The notes below the pieces were generated by a model, which ran no database searches, had not been told where the DNA came from, and was given only the letters and a program-made list of their open reading frames with translations. From assembly GCA_963664405.1 (NCBI GenBank), contig OY761158.1, forward strand, positions 1,280,001 to 1,344,000: a DNA stretch of 64,000 nucleotides, written 5' to 3'. Positions within the stretch are counted from its first letter, which is position 1; each line of letters opens with the position of its first letter. This DNA comes from Thermoanaerobaculia bacterium. Its GTDB lineage: Bacteria > Acidobacteriota > Thermoanaerobaculia > Multivoradales > Multivoraceae. Of the stretch, positions 1-9,572 are shown one piece after another. The position numbers were made by a program, and so were the translations under genes.

Positions 1-35
1 CTACCGGAGGGCTTCGAGGAGTCCGCCTAGCCTCC

Positions 36-94
36 GGAAATGATGGCTATCATTTCCTGCGGCTAGTTATCTTTTGGCGCCGAGGACGGCGCAC
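36..94 (+). repeat. Double-hairpin dispersed repeat, copy 1
   Basis: GGAAATGAT-GGCT-ATCATTTCC...GCGCCG-AGGA-CGGCGC. Confidence 0.8.
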
Positions 95-267
95 TTTGAG
101 CTTGCTTCTTATTCGCTTCGGGTATCGTTGTCGTTTGAGGCTAGAGGAGTCTTCGCGGCAGGAAAGGCAACGCTGCCCGAAGCGCATGAGAAGCAAGTCC
201 CGAGTGCGCCGTCTGCGGCGCCATGTTCAGCATCCGTAGGAAGTGATACCGATCACTTCCGCAGGAT

Positions 268-305
268 GGGTCAGCGGGCACATTCGAACGAAAACCTACG
301 GTTTC
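268..305 (+). mobile_element. Putative Tn3-family terminal inverted repeat
   Basis: GGGTCAGCGGGCACATTCGAACGAAAACCTACGGTTTC resembles the 38-bp Tn3 IR (GGGGTC...AACGAAAAC..ACG) and lies just downstream of the resolvase. The partner IR is not seen. Confidence 0.55.
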
Positions 306-327
306 TTTTCGTAGGAGAGTCCTTCAG

Positions 328-897
328 TCAAGTCTGATCTTCTCCTCCGGCCGCCGCCACGTAGTTGTAGAGCGTTGGCTTGGAGATCCCCATCAGCTTG
401 CAGATCTCACGCAGGGTGTGCTTCCGTTCGCGATAGAGGCGAACCGCCAGAGCGCGCTTGGACTCATCGAGAGCCTTGGGACGGCCCCCTTTGCGCCCGC
501 GAGCTCGGGCAGCCTTCAAACCAGCGTGCGTCCGATCTCGGATCAGATTTCGCTCGAATTCAGCGAGGGCTCCGAAGATGTGGAAGGTCAGCTTCCCGGA
601 GCTGGACGTGGTGTCAATGGATTCGTGAAGGCTCCGCAGCCCGATCCCACGCTCATCGAGCTCGCCAACAAGTTGGATTAGATCCTTGAGTGAGCGCCCT
701 AGGCGATCGAGTCGCCAGACCGTGAGGGTATCGCCGCGTCGTACATAGTCCAACGCGGCTGCCAGCCCCGGCCGGGCTGCTTTCGCGCCACTCATCGTAT
801 CTTCGAGGATCCTGTCGCAGCCGGCCTTCTGGAGAGCATCTCGCTGCATGTCCAGATTCTGATCGTCGGTCGAGACTCGTGCATATCCAATCTGCAT
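328..897 (-). CDS. tnpR: Serine recombinase/resolvase with C-terminal HTH
   Basis: MQIGYARVSTDDQ, LDRLGRS, GRKGGRP and ISKPTLYNY motifs; divergent from the transposase. Confidence 0.95.
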   Translation of the reverse strand: MQIGYARVSTDDQNLDMQRDALQKAGCDRILEDTMSGAKAARPGLAAALDYVRRGDTLTVWRLDRLGRSLKDLIQLVGELDERGIGLRSLHESIDTTSSSGKLTFHIFGALAEFERNLIRDRTHAGLKAARARGRKGGRPKALDESKRALAVRLYRERKHTLREICKLMGISKPTLYNYVAAAGGEDQT

Positions 898-1011
898 AGT
901 GAGCGTCACAGGCAAGAAAACCGTTGGAAGCTGCGATATTCTATCGTAGATTGTTTTACCGAGATATTTGCCTACCAGGGCGGCTTTTCACCCTGAAAGC
1001 CGTCGACAACC
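898..1011. promoter_or_regulatory. Probable res site / divergent promoter region
   Basis: AT-richer spacer between divergent tnpR and tnpA, as in Tn3 organisation; subsites not resolved. Confidence 0.5.
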
Positions 1012-3277
1012 ATGAAGGGCAGAAAAACGGACGTTTTCTTGACCCTGTATTCAGTTGGGTAATCGCGACCGAGCCAGCCGGCGAGAGCGCCTCCCGCTTC
1101 TCTTGCGTTCGGACCCGTCAGACGACGAGCTAGCTCGCGTTTGGACTCTCGAACCCTCAGATCTGCCTGAGCTGGAGAGTCGGTTTCGATCTCGGTATCG
1201 CCTCGGCAATGCGATCCAGCTCTGCCTGCTTCGCCAGTTCGGACGATTCCTCCGGGACTTGAGGCTCGTATCGCCGCGAGTCGTGAGTCACGTGGCGCAA
1301 CAGCTTGGAGGTTCGGCTCCACTGGAGGTTGAGGTCCCCCGGCGGGAGGCAACGCTCCTCCAACATCAATCAAACCTGCTCGACCTGGCGGGGTTTCGCC
1401 GCTTTGACGAAGCTGCCCGCGCGGACATCGAGAACTGGCTGGCTTCGAGGGCACAAGCAGGCCAGCTTCCAGATTCGCTCGTCGAGCGAGCCGAGCTCTA
1501 CCTCCTCCGGCGTCGAGTCGTCTGCCCAGCCTCGACGACCTTGGAGCGACTCGTCGTCAACGTCTGTGCCGGCGCACAGAAGGATCTCTTCGAGAGGATC
1601 CAAAGCGACCTGAGCCCCGAGCTGCGAGCTCGTCTGGATCAGGTTCTCTCTGCAGATGACGCGGATCAGCGCTCTTTCTTCCAGCGTCTCAAGGAGTCCC
1701 CACCATCGGCGAAGGTTCGGTCGATCAACCAATACTTGAAGCGGTACAAAGAGCTGGAAGCACTCCTCGAGGGTAAGTCCGATGCGCCACCTGTAGATCC
1801 TGAGTTCGCCTCGCATCTTGCGAACCTGGCTCGCGTCCACTCGGCCTGGCACCTGAAACGGTTCCGCGAGCACAAACGGCACGCCCTGATGGCCTGTTTC
1901 CTTCATGAGAGTCGGAAGGAGATTCTCGACCACCTCGTAGAGATGCATGACCAGTACGTCCTCAACTTGAGCCGCCAAGCACGCGCTGCCCACGAGACCG
2001 AGTATCGAGCCCGACGGAAGCGACAGCGCACCGCTCTTGGTCGAGTGCTGAAGGTGGTCTCGAACCTACTCGACATGCCTGCTGACGAGCCGGTGGCCAG
2101 AGCCGATCTGATCGACAGCGATGCGGAACCTCTCTTGCGCGAGTCGCTCCAAGATCTCAGGTTCTTTGAGCGACTCCAGGTCAGGGGCTACGGTGAGCGC
2201 CTCATCGCGAGGTATCCAACGCTCAGGAAGTACTTCCGTCACTTCCTCGAGCTTCCCTTTGAAGCAGCCTCTGGCAGCGAATCTCTTCTCGGAGCGATCG
2301 AGCTCGTCAGAACCCTCGACAGCACGTCCCTCCTACGGCTACCCGATGACGCCGAGACAAGTTTCGTCCCAAACGAGCTTCGTCCCATTCTCCACGATGC
2401 CGAGGGCCAACTGCGGAGGAATGCGTGGGAGTTGGGACTCGCCCTGGCAATGCGCGACGCGTTGCGGGCCGGTGACCTCTACCTACCCAAGAGCAGGCAG
2501 CACGTTTCGTTCTGGGACCTCATCCTGGACGAATCGCGGTGGGAGTCGGCTCGCTCGGAATCCTACGCCGAGCTCGGCCAGCCGCAGTCGATCGAGGTCA
2601 GGAGCGCTCTGGCGAACCAGTTCAACTACACCGTCTCCAAGGCTGAGGAAGCGTTTGGCGAGAACGCCTTCGCCACGGTCACCAACGGCAGGCTCAGACT
2701 GAAAAGAGACGATCTCGGCCGCCCCAGGGAAAGCCGCCTCCAGCAGACGATCAGCGCCAATCTCCCATTGATCCGAGTCGAGAATCTCTTAATGGAGGTC
2801 GACAGGGCAACGGGTTTCTCGAAGAGTTTCGTCCCGATCGAGCCGCACCGATCTCGCCCTGATCAGTTCTACAAGTCGCTCCTGGCGACGATCATCTCGC
2901 AAGCAACCAACCTGGGCGTGGTCGCGATGGCCCAGAGTGTTCCTAGCGTCACTCTCGACATGCTGCGGCACACCATGCAGCACTACCTTCGAGACGAGAC
3001 CCTCAAGGATGCAAACGCGGCAATCGTCGACGCTCACCACCACCTGCCTTTGAGCTCGCTGCATGGCGATGGTCGGTTCTCCTCCTCTGACGCCCAGCGC
3101 TTCAAGATCCGCGCCGACAGCCTCCTTGGTTCCTACTACCCGCGGTACTTCGGCGAGGTAGACCAACAGAGGCATCTGCGTGCTGCAAAGTGTCGGCTGT
3201 CGATATGTCGCGATCAGCCGCAATCTTCGCGGCGAAGACCTCCCCCTTCTCCAGGAATGCCGCACGACCACGGGTGA
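1012..3277 (+). pseudogene. tnpA: Tn3-family transposase, 3' truncated
   Basis: DUF4158-type N-terminus, LRAGDLYLPKSR, ATNLG and SSSDAQRF motifs. Similarity stops after YYPRYFG (~3155), so most of the DDE domain is missing. The N-terminus appears split over three frames (MKGRK / NGRFLDPV / QLGNRDR). Confidence 0.88.
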
Positions 3278-3350
3278 AGAGACCGCCGATGCCCTCCGCC
3301 AGATCCTTCTCCTTGCAAGAGGCTTACTTGTTTTTTAGAATGGAAATATC

Positions 3351-4325
3351 GTGAAGAAGACCTCAATCGTGGTGGGGCTTCTTGTCGTGGCGCTCGGAGG
3401 CGTGCCGAGTCCGGCGCAGGGGCAGGGCTGGTATCTGGGGAGCGAACTGGGCGCGCACGTGGTCCCGGCCTTGGGCATCACCGGGCTGTCCAACGACCGA
3501 GCGAGTGTATGTGACGAGTTCATCAATCCGCAGTATGCAACGGTGCCGCAGACGGCGGGATATGAAGCCTACAACTGCGCGGGACCGGATCGCAGGGACA
3601 ACTGGGTTAATCAGTTCGCCAGGGCCACGGGCTTGCAGGCCAGCTGGGTGCTGGGGTATCGCTTCGGGGCCGACGCCTCTGGCCCGCGGTGGCGCCACGT
3701 GCGGACGGAGATGGAATACTTCTACCGCGCCACCGCCTACGACCAGACCGTCGCCGTGCCCGGCCTCGGCGCTGGCTCGGGCAGCGTCACCGCCGACAAG
3801 CTGAATCAAGAACTTCAGACGGCGACGGACCACCTCGGCCGTGTGACCTCGCACACCCTGTTCGCGAACCTGTATTGGGACGTTCGGACCCGCAGTCGGC
3901 TCACGCCCTATGTCGGCGTGGGTGTGGGGATCGGGTCGACGGCGGTGGCCTACGGCAGTCTGTGGTCGAGGAACGCCAATCCCACGGCGATTACCACCGG
4001 CGAGGGGCTGCCCAACGTGGACGACATTCGCCAGAACCTGGCAGCCACGACAAGTAGTTTCCAGGGCATCCTGTCCGACACGCTGGTCAGCCAGCAGGTG
4101 TTGGTCGGAGTGAACTACGCGCTCACCGAGGGTCTGTCGGTGGGTGTCAAGGGTCGCTGGGTCCACGGTGCGGCCTTCGAGAGTGACGACGCGCTCGTCT
4201 TGGATCCGCTGCGTAGTCACGTCCCCAATCTGCGCCGCGATGGGAGCGAACCCGTCTCGGGGCAGCTGCTGACCGACGCCAGCACGCTCTGGGATGTGGG
4301 CCTGAGTCTCACGTACCACTTCTAA
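3351..4325 (+). CDS. Outer-membrane beta-barrel protein
   Basis: Signal peptide, TPYVGVGVG strand, alternating beta pattern, C-terminal aromatic residue (LTYHF). Confidence 0.8.
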   Translation: MKKTSIVVGLLVVALGGVPSPAQGQGWYLGSELGAHVVPALGITGLSNDRASVCDEFINPQYATVPQTAGYEAYNCAGPDRRDNWVNQFARATGLQASWVLGYRFGADASGPRWRHVRTEMEYFYRATAYDQTVAVPGLGAGSGSVTADKLNQELQTATDHLGRVTSHTLFANLYWDVRTRSRLTPYVGVGVGIGSTAVAYGSLWSRNANPTAITTGEGLPNVDDIRQNLAATTSSFQGILSDTLVSQQVLVGVNYALTEGLSVGVKGRWVHGAAFESDDALVLDPLRSHVPNLRRDGSEPVSGQLLTDASTLWDVGLSLTYHF

Positions 4326-4524
4326 AGCGGGACGCTGGTGCCGGCTCGCCGCCCTGGGCCGCGAAGAAGCGCAACAGCGCGAGCGCACCCGATCCGTACG
4401 TGAGGCCGCCCGTCAACACCACATCAACACCACATCAACCGGGGAAATCTCCAGCGTCGAGCGCACGACAATTCGCACCTGGCTCGGCTGGTCGGCTCGA
4501 CACAAGTGGGTGAGCCGGGCGAAC

Positions 4525-4620
4525 GCGGGGCGGCGGTCAACGCCGTGGCCGAGAGTCTGGCCGCGTTCGGATGGCAGCAGCCCATCGTGATCGACCCGAA
4601 GCGGGTCATCGCGCGTGGAC
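4525..4620 (+). pseudogene. Fragment of a ParB-like N-terminal domain of the type found on phage DNA methylases
   Basis: Manual translation AAVNAVAESLAAFGWQQPIVIDPKRVI matches the ParB/Srx N-terminal pattern; no start or continuation. Confidence 0.55.
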
Positions 4621-4711
4621 TGATGTGTTCGTGCGCGAGCTCTGCGACTTGACCGGAGCGGTCTCGAGCATCTTGAGCGGGACCCTGAGACAGTAGTAGA
4701 AAGGGGCGGAT

Positions 4712-5200
4712 ATGACTCGTAGAACGGCAGCGGTGCTCGCATTTCTTCTGGTTTCGACAGCGGCAGTCGCCGACATCAAGTTCACCCGGCTCTCTGAGAA
4801 CCGCTTCATTGTCAGCCATCGCAAGCAGCAGTCAATGCTCGGCGCCGAGGCTAAGGCGATGAAGACCCTGTACAGCGAGGTTGCATCCATCTGCATCGCT
4901 GCTGGCTACTCGCACTTCGAACTTGTGACCCAAGACGTGCAAGAGCGCAGCCGTGGCGGTCTGTGGGGTGGTGGCCGCGGTGCCTCTGGCACCGTTGATG
5001 TAAAGATGCGCAACGAGGCAGGCGAGGACCACATCGAGTGTGCCCCGCTGGCCGACCCAAAGAAGGTAGGGGTGGCCAAGAAGAAGCTGGCGAACGGCGA
5101 GTTGGAGTACCCGCGAACGATACCGGGCAAGCGCCAAAAGGCGAATGACGTATCGGAAAGCCCGGCGGTCCGCGACTCACTGCGGCGCACCTGCCGGTGA
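4712..5200 (+). CDS. Hypothetical secreted protein
   Basis: RBS-like AAGGGG, signal peptide ending AVA. Confidence 0.6.
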   Translation: MTRRTAAVLAFLLVSTAAVADIKFTRLSENRFIVSHRKQQSMLGAEAKAMKTLYSEVASICIAAGYSHFELVTQDVQERSRGGLWGGGRGASGTVDVKMRNEAGEDHIECAPLADPKKVGVAKKKLANGELEYPRTIPGKRQKANDVSESPAVRDSLRRTCR

Positions 5201-5345
5201 TCACAGCCGTGACCGGAGTGGCAGGGGGCGCGCCGCGAACTGAGGATTGAGCGCCGGGATAGTGCAGTGTCGCCTTGCGTATCGCTTTGGCCGCCGCCGC
5301 CGGCGAGCTGCCGAACGCGCTAGACTGAGCCGATAGGAGTACGCC

Positions 5346-5591
5346 GTGTTCGACACACACACCATCGCCCGCACGTTGACCGACGCGGGCATCGACCCGA
5401 AGCACGCCGACGCCATCACCGCCGCCGTGCGCCAAGCCGCCGAGCATAGCGAACACGTTACGCCCGAGCACCTTGATGCGGCCCTGGCCGCCCTTGAAGC
5501 TCGCCTGACGTGGCGCTTCGCTGGCGCGATACTGGCGCAGACCATCGCCATGCTCGGCGGGATGGTCGCCATCCTGCGGTTGCTCGGCTGA
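5346..5591 (+). CDS. DUF1640/CCDC90-like small coiled-coil membrane protein
   Basis: FDTH...L..AG...ADAI N-terminus, C-terminal TM helix, AGGAG RBS. Confidence 0.75.
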   Translation: MFDTHTIARTLTDAGIDPKHADAITAAVRQAAEHSEHVTPEHLDAALAALEARLTWRFAGAILAQTIAMLGGMVAILRLLG

Positions 5592-5652
5592 TCCCTGCAG
5601 GTCCGGACGGTGTGGTCGAAGTCAGGTGGCCACGCTCGACTAGACTCTCGCC

Positions 5653-5890
5653 ATGAACGTTTTTCAGTCGCTCATGAATGACCGCGTGACGCTCGTCAAG
5701 AAGGACGGGAAACGGTTCGAGAATCTGTCCGCGTCAGTTCAAACCGGTCTGATATTGACGGACAACCCGGAAATCCCGATTGAGGATGGCGACCAGTTTG
5801 AGCGACAACTGCCGAGCGGGATTGTTGACGTTTACACCGTGGTGGACTCGGGGTTTCAGCAACGTCTTCACAGCATTCCGGCGCACCTGA
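5653..5890 (+). pseudogene. Truncated hypothetical protein (N-terminal domain only)
   Basis: Protein-like MNDRVTLVKKDG...IEDGDQFERQLPSG sequence to ~HSIPAH, then runs into the antisense of other fragments. Confidence 0.45.
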
Positions 5891-5994
5891 GCTTGATTGA
5901 TTTGAGTCGGTCTTCTGCCGCCCTCGCCCAGATCGAGAGCGCCTGGACCGTGCCGGGCAGGTCGGCCAAGGTTTCGGCACCTTGGGGCCGTGGG

Positions 5995-6109
5995 AGAGGT
6001 GGCGCTCACAAGCCAGACGCACTAGCCGCCCGGTAACGAGCTCGCCAGCACAAACCGCCTCAGCGTAGGCCGTCGCCGGGTCAGTTTGGACGATCGGGTC
6101 TGGGATCAT
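5995..6109 (-). pseudogene. terL: Phage terminase large subunit, N-terminal fragment
   Basis: DPATAYAEAVCAGELVTGRLVRLACERHL is a typical Terminase_1 N-terminus; overlaps the terS end; no ATPase motifs follow. Confidence 0.75.
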
Positions 6110-6569
6110 CGCCCCTCAGATACCTCGCCCCTATATCCTCATCCTCGTCAACGGGCTCAGAGATATCTAGCACTTGTGCGTCTTTTGGCGACAAGCCAAG
6201 ATCAGCCTGGAACGAGCGCATGAGCTTGTATTCTCGGTTTAGTGGCTGTAATAGGTGATGCTGCGCCATATTCACCTGCCCATTTACGCCCGTATGAAGC
6301 ACCTGTGGGCCATCTTCTTTTAGTATAGCTTCCATCTCCCGGCAGCGCGCCCAGGCCGCGCACCAGCCAGCCATAGCGCCCTCGTATTTAGCCCTGAGCG
6401 TACCGTCCTCCGCCATGCGAAAACAGAGCTTGCGCCATATGACCCTTGCCTTATTCGACAACTCAGCGGGCGGCTTCGGGTGCACAGTGTCCACGGGCGG
6501 TCGATGCAGGGAGCGATCCGCCCGAGCCGTTCCCTGGAGCTCCTTCTGTGCCTGGGTCTTACGTCTCAC
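6081..6569 (-). CDS. terS: Phage terminase small subunit, P27 family
   Basis: KELQGTARADR, PKPPAELSNKARVIW and LGLSP motifs. Confidence 0.88.
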   Translation of the reverse strand: MRRKTQAQKELQGTARADRSLHRPPVDTVHPKPPAELSNKARVIWRKLCFRMAEDGTLRAKYEGAMAGWCAAWARCREMEAILKEDGPQVLHTGVNGQVNMAQHHLLQPLNREYKLMRSFQADLGLSPKDAQVLDISEPVDEDEDIGARYLRGDDPRPDRPN

Positions 6570-6589
6570 CGGCTCATCCTAGCCTAGAA

Positions 6590-6686
6590 TTAGAAAAATT
6601 CACATTGACACGATACCTAGAACACGGGCGCGTCGCTGAAGGCCCTCTTTTATCAGATTAAATGTTTGGTACCCCCCCCCGTACCC
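6590..6686 (-). other. cos-like packaging region
   Basis: On the minus strand a G-run (GGGGGGGGGTACC) is followed by an AT tract and a GC-rich core just upstream of terS, the usual layout in 3'-cos HK97-like phages. Confidence 0.4.
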
Positions 6687-6932
6687 GTTCGGCCCTTTAA
6701 GGGGCCTCTGAGGGCCTCACAGGGGTATCCTAGCCGCGACTTGATAAACCCCGCGACACACCCGGCCATTACCCGGCCATTAAGTATAAAACTCCTACTT
6801 TTATGCGTCACGGAGACGCCTTTTAAATCAGAATCTGATACCACCCCACACCCACCCCCTCGCCAGCGTCCGTTCGCGCTGTTAAGGGGCCTCTGAGGGC
6901 CTCACAAGGGCACTCTTGGCCGCGACTTGATA
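6685..6932. repeat. Two ~62-bp imperfect direct repeats (6685-6746, 6870-6932)
   Basis: Shared CCGTTCG..TTAAGGGGCCTCTGAGGGCCTCACA..GCCGCGACTTGATA. Confidence 0.9.
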
Positions 6933-6956
6933 GGCAATCAGGCAATCAGGCAATCA
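6933..6956. repeat. (GGCAATCA)3 tandem repeat
   Basis: Seen directly. Confidence 0.9.
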
Positions 6957-7049
6957 AGAAGGAGACTTCGCCCAGCCTCCTCGAGCAGCGCGGGGTCGTC
7001 TTCTGCGAGCAGCCTCATCAGGCTCGCAGCCTCGGCCAGGCTAATCTAA

Positions 7050-9054
7050 GGGTCGGCGCGGAAATAACTTCACATTATCGCCGGAGCGTGTGAGGCCGAG
7101 GCGCCACAGGGCGGTCGCTGCATTGGAGGTGGTGGTGAGCTGAGCCCAGGCTGTGGGGCAAGCTCTTCCTGCTCGGTTCGCGGTCTCGGCGAGAGGGTGT
7201 AGTTCCACTTTCCTAGGAAGTCGCTCCTGGCCACCGCGAGCTGCAGCATTTCCTTGTCCGATACCCTGACTCCTTTCTGGTATTGGCGTTGATCACGGCA
7301 CGGCTCGACGCGCAGTCCGGTGGATGTCGTCGTGTTGCGGACGAGGTTGACGAGGATCTCGAAACTCTCGAGAGGAACTCCGGCCCAGTTCTTGCTGATC
7401 TCGCTGAACATCCTGTGCTCGATGGGATTCCATTTACTGGTGCCAGTTGGATAGTGGGCGACGGTGATGATGAGGCCGCACTTGTCTACGAGCTTCTCCT
7501 GGAGGTACTTCTTCCAGGCTCGAAGCCGTGCGCCGTTGCTTGCGCCGCTGTCGGCAAGAATGAGGAGACGCTGAGACGCCGGATAGTGAGATCGACCGTA
7601 TTTGAGCCACCAGGTCGCGATGCTGTTGACAGCGAACTCCGGCGTGTCCGACGACTGTCCGAGGACGAGAACGCCGAAGTTCCTCTGAAGATCGTAGATC
7701 CCATAGGGGGAGGCGATGGCGAGAGCTTCGGACCGGAAGTCGTGATCCTTGACCCGCTTGGCCTCGCGGCACCATGTCTGTCCCTGGTTCTTGAACCGAC
7801 CGATCAGCTCCTTCTTCTTCGTATCGACGCTGATGATCGGGTCGCCAGCGCTTGTGAAATCCTCGCGCAGTCGCTTGATGGCCTTGAACTGTGCATCACG
7901 ATCTGGGGAGTTCCCCGAAGACAGACATTTCCTATTGCTCTTGAGGGAATAGTTCAGGTCTGCGAGCAATCGACGCACCACCGTAGCCGATACGATGATG
8001 TCAAGGCGTTCGGCAAGGCATTGGGCCACCTTTGCAGCGGTCTCGTGCGTCCATCTTTTTGATGACATGGGATCACCAGCTATATCGGCCTCGAGTATGG
8101 AATGGATTCCATCGACTATCTCGGGCGTTTTTTTTCCACTCGTTGGTTGCCACCGCCTGCTCTTCGAACTCTTCCGCGCTCCACGGAGCCGCCGAAGAGC
8201 TCGCGACGTCCTTTTGCGACTGTATGAGGGTCCAGGTCCAGAAGATCGGCGATCTTCCGGTCGCCGCCATGCCCGAGCTTGGTCGCTTCCAGGCCAGCGA
8301 AGAGCCGCCGCTGGCGTTCGTCTAGCAGGCTGAAGAATAAAACGATGGCAGCCCTGAGCTCCTCGGGGAGCACTTCTGGAACGAGGCTGGCAGCTACATC
8401 CTGGAGAGCCTGCCGTTCGTTGCGCATCAGCTTCTGCTGACGACGGCGCCCTGTTTCCGAGCACAAGTATACGAACCTCTTCCCAACTCTGGATCGTACG
8501 ATTCTCTTGCGACGAACGAGGTGCAACATCGCGTGCTTGACCTCGACCTGCAGCAGGAGCTCGAGTTCAGAAGCCGTATAGCCGGCAGCGGACCGGTCCA
8601 CGGCAGCCACCGCAGTTTCGAGGAGGCTGCCATGCCGACTGAACCTCGCCGAACCGCACGACCACAAACCCAGATCGTCGAAATCGGGAATCTCGTTCAA
8701 GGTATAGAACCGCCCTCGATCCGAGTAGCTGGCCAAATAGCCCAATCGAGACAGCGAACGGTAGACCGTCATGGTGGCTCGGGTTCCCATGGCGTCCTTG
8801 AGCTCATCCATGGTGGCCATCTGTTCGCTCATCAAGAGCTCGCGCACTGTTGCATCACGATCTTCGGCTCGTACCATTTGGTATAGTTCCCCTTCCAAAA
8901 GAGGTGACAGGGAAAACTATACCAAATGCGGGCAGGGCTATGCTAGCTCTAAACCTTGCAAACAAGGCGCGTACCGGAGGATTATGCGGTGGCTGAAGAA
9001 GGGGGCAGTGGTATGGTCACCCCAGATACTGGAAACTTATTTCCGCGCCGACCC
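7050..9054 (-). mobile_element. ISAzo13-family insertion sequence, 2005 bp
   Basis: Terminal IR GGGTCGGCGCGGAAATAA at both ends; TAA target duplication at 7047-7049 and 9055-9057. Confidence 0.92.
7070..8898 (-). CDS. ISAzo13 transposase in two frames joined at an A8 run (~8128-8135)
   Basis: ORF1 ends VEKKRPR*; the -1 frame continues KKTPEIV...ISVDTKKKELIG, ADSGASN, GTSKWNPIEHRMFS (DDE_Tnp_ISAZ013 motifs). Confidence 0.88.
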
Positions 9055-9572
9055 TAAGGAAACTTCGCAAGGTGTAACTCAGCTCTCGTAATCACTTCTT
9101 CTCTTCCAGCATCCCAGGGTAATGAGTGTTGCCTCGGTGTCCTCGCAGAATCCTTATTCGACCTTTTGGCAGTTTTGGCAGTAGGTAGGTCTTTCTGCGG
9201 GGCGAGAACGTCGTCCACCATGCGAGCGAAGGTCACTCGCTCGGCGGTGTCCTGGTCGTGGCCAGCCGCCAGCTCGAGCTCAAGCCAGTAATCGAAGTAC
9301 TCACGGCACTCGGCCGATAGGGTTGGTAGGTTCTTGCGAACGTAGTCGATAGGGTAGCGCAGATGGCGCGGATTGATCCTTACCTCTCGTCGCGGAGCTA
9401 GGTAGCCGCAGGAGCAAGCAAGCACTCGAACGCCAGAGGCGAGGAGATCGGAGCAGTGTCGACAACCACCCTGCCCGATTGAGTCGTGGACAGCTTTAGC
9501 AGCTTTAGCAGCTTTAGCAGGGGTACGTAGCTCCGCGACGACTTCGTAGGGATCAAAATCAGCGAGGATCAT
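9054..9572 (-). CDS. Hypothetical protein with PAKAAKAAK repeat and CxxC/CxC motifs
   Basis: ATGA overlap with the DUF3987 stop gives the start MILADFDPY. Confidence 0.65.
   Translation of the reverse strand: MILADFDPYEVVAELRTPAKAAKAAKAVHDSIGQGGCRHCSDLLASGVRVLACSCGYLAPRREVRINPRHLRYPIDYVRKNLPTLSAECREYFDYWLELELAAGHDQDTAERVTFARMVDDVLAPQKDLPTAKTAKRSNKDSARTPRQHSLPWDAGREEVITRAELHLAKFP
9491..9526. repeat. Iteron-like array (CAGCTTTAG)3-CAGGGGTAC, left arm of a 36-bp inverted repeat
   Basis: Exact reverse complement of 11013-11048. Confidence 0.95.

Noticed and set aside
5198-5200. TGA after a Cys-containing tail as a further Sec codon
   Set aside because: Another stop follows within four codons; no redox motif or hairpin
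6685-6956. Direct repeats as a CRISPR array
   Set aside because: Only two long imperfect copies, spacing too large, no cas genes
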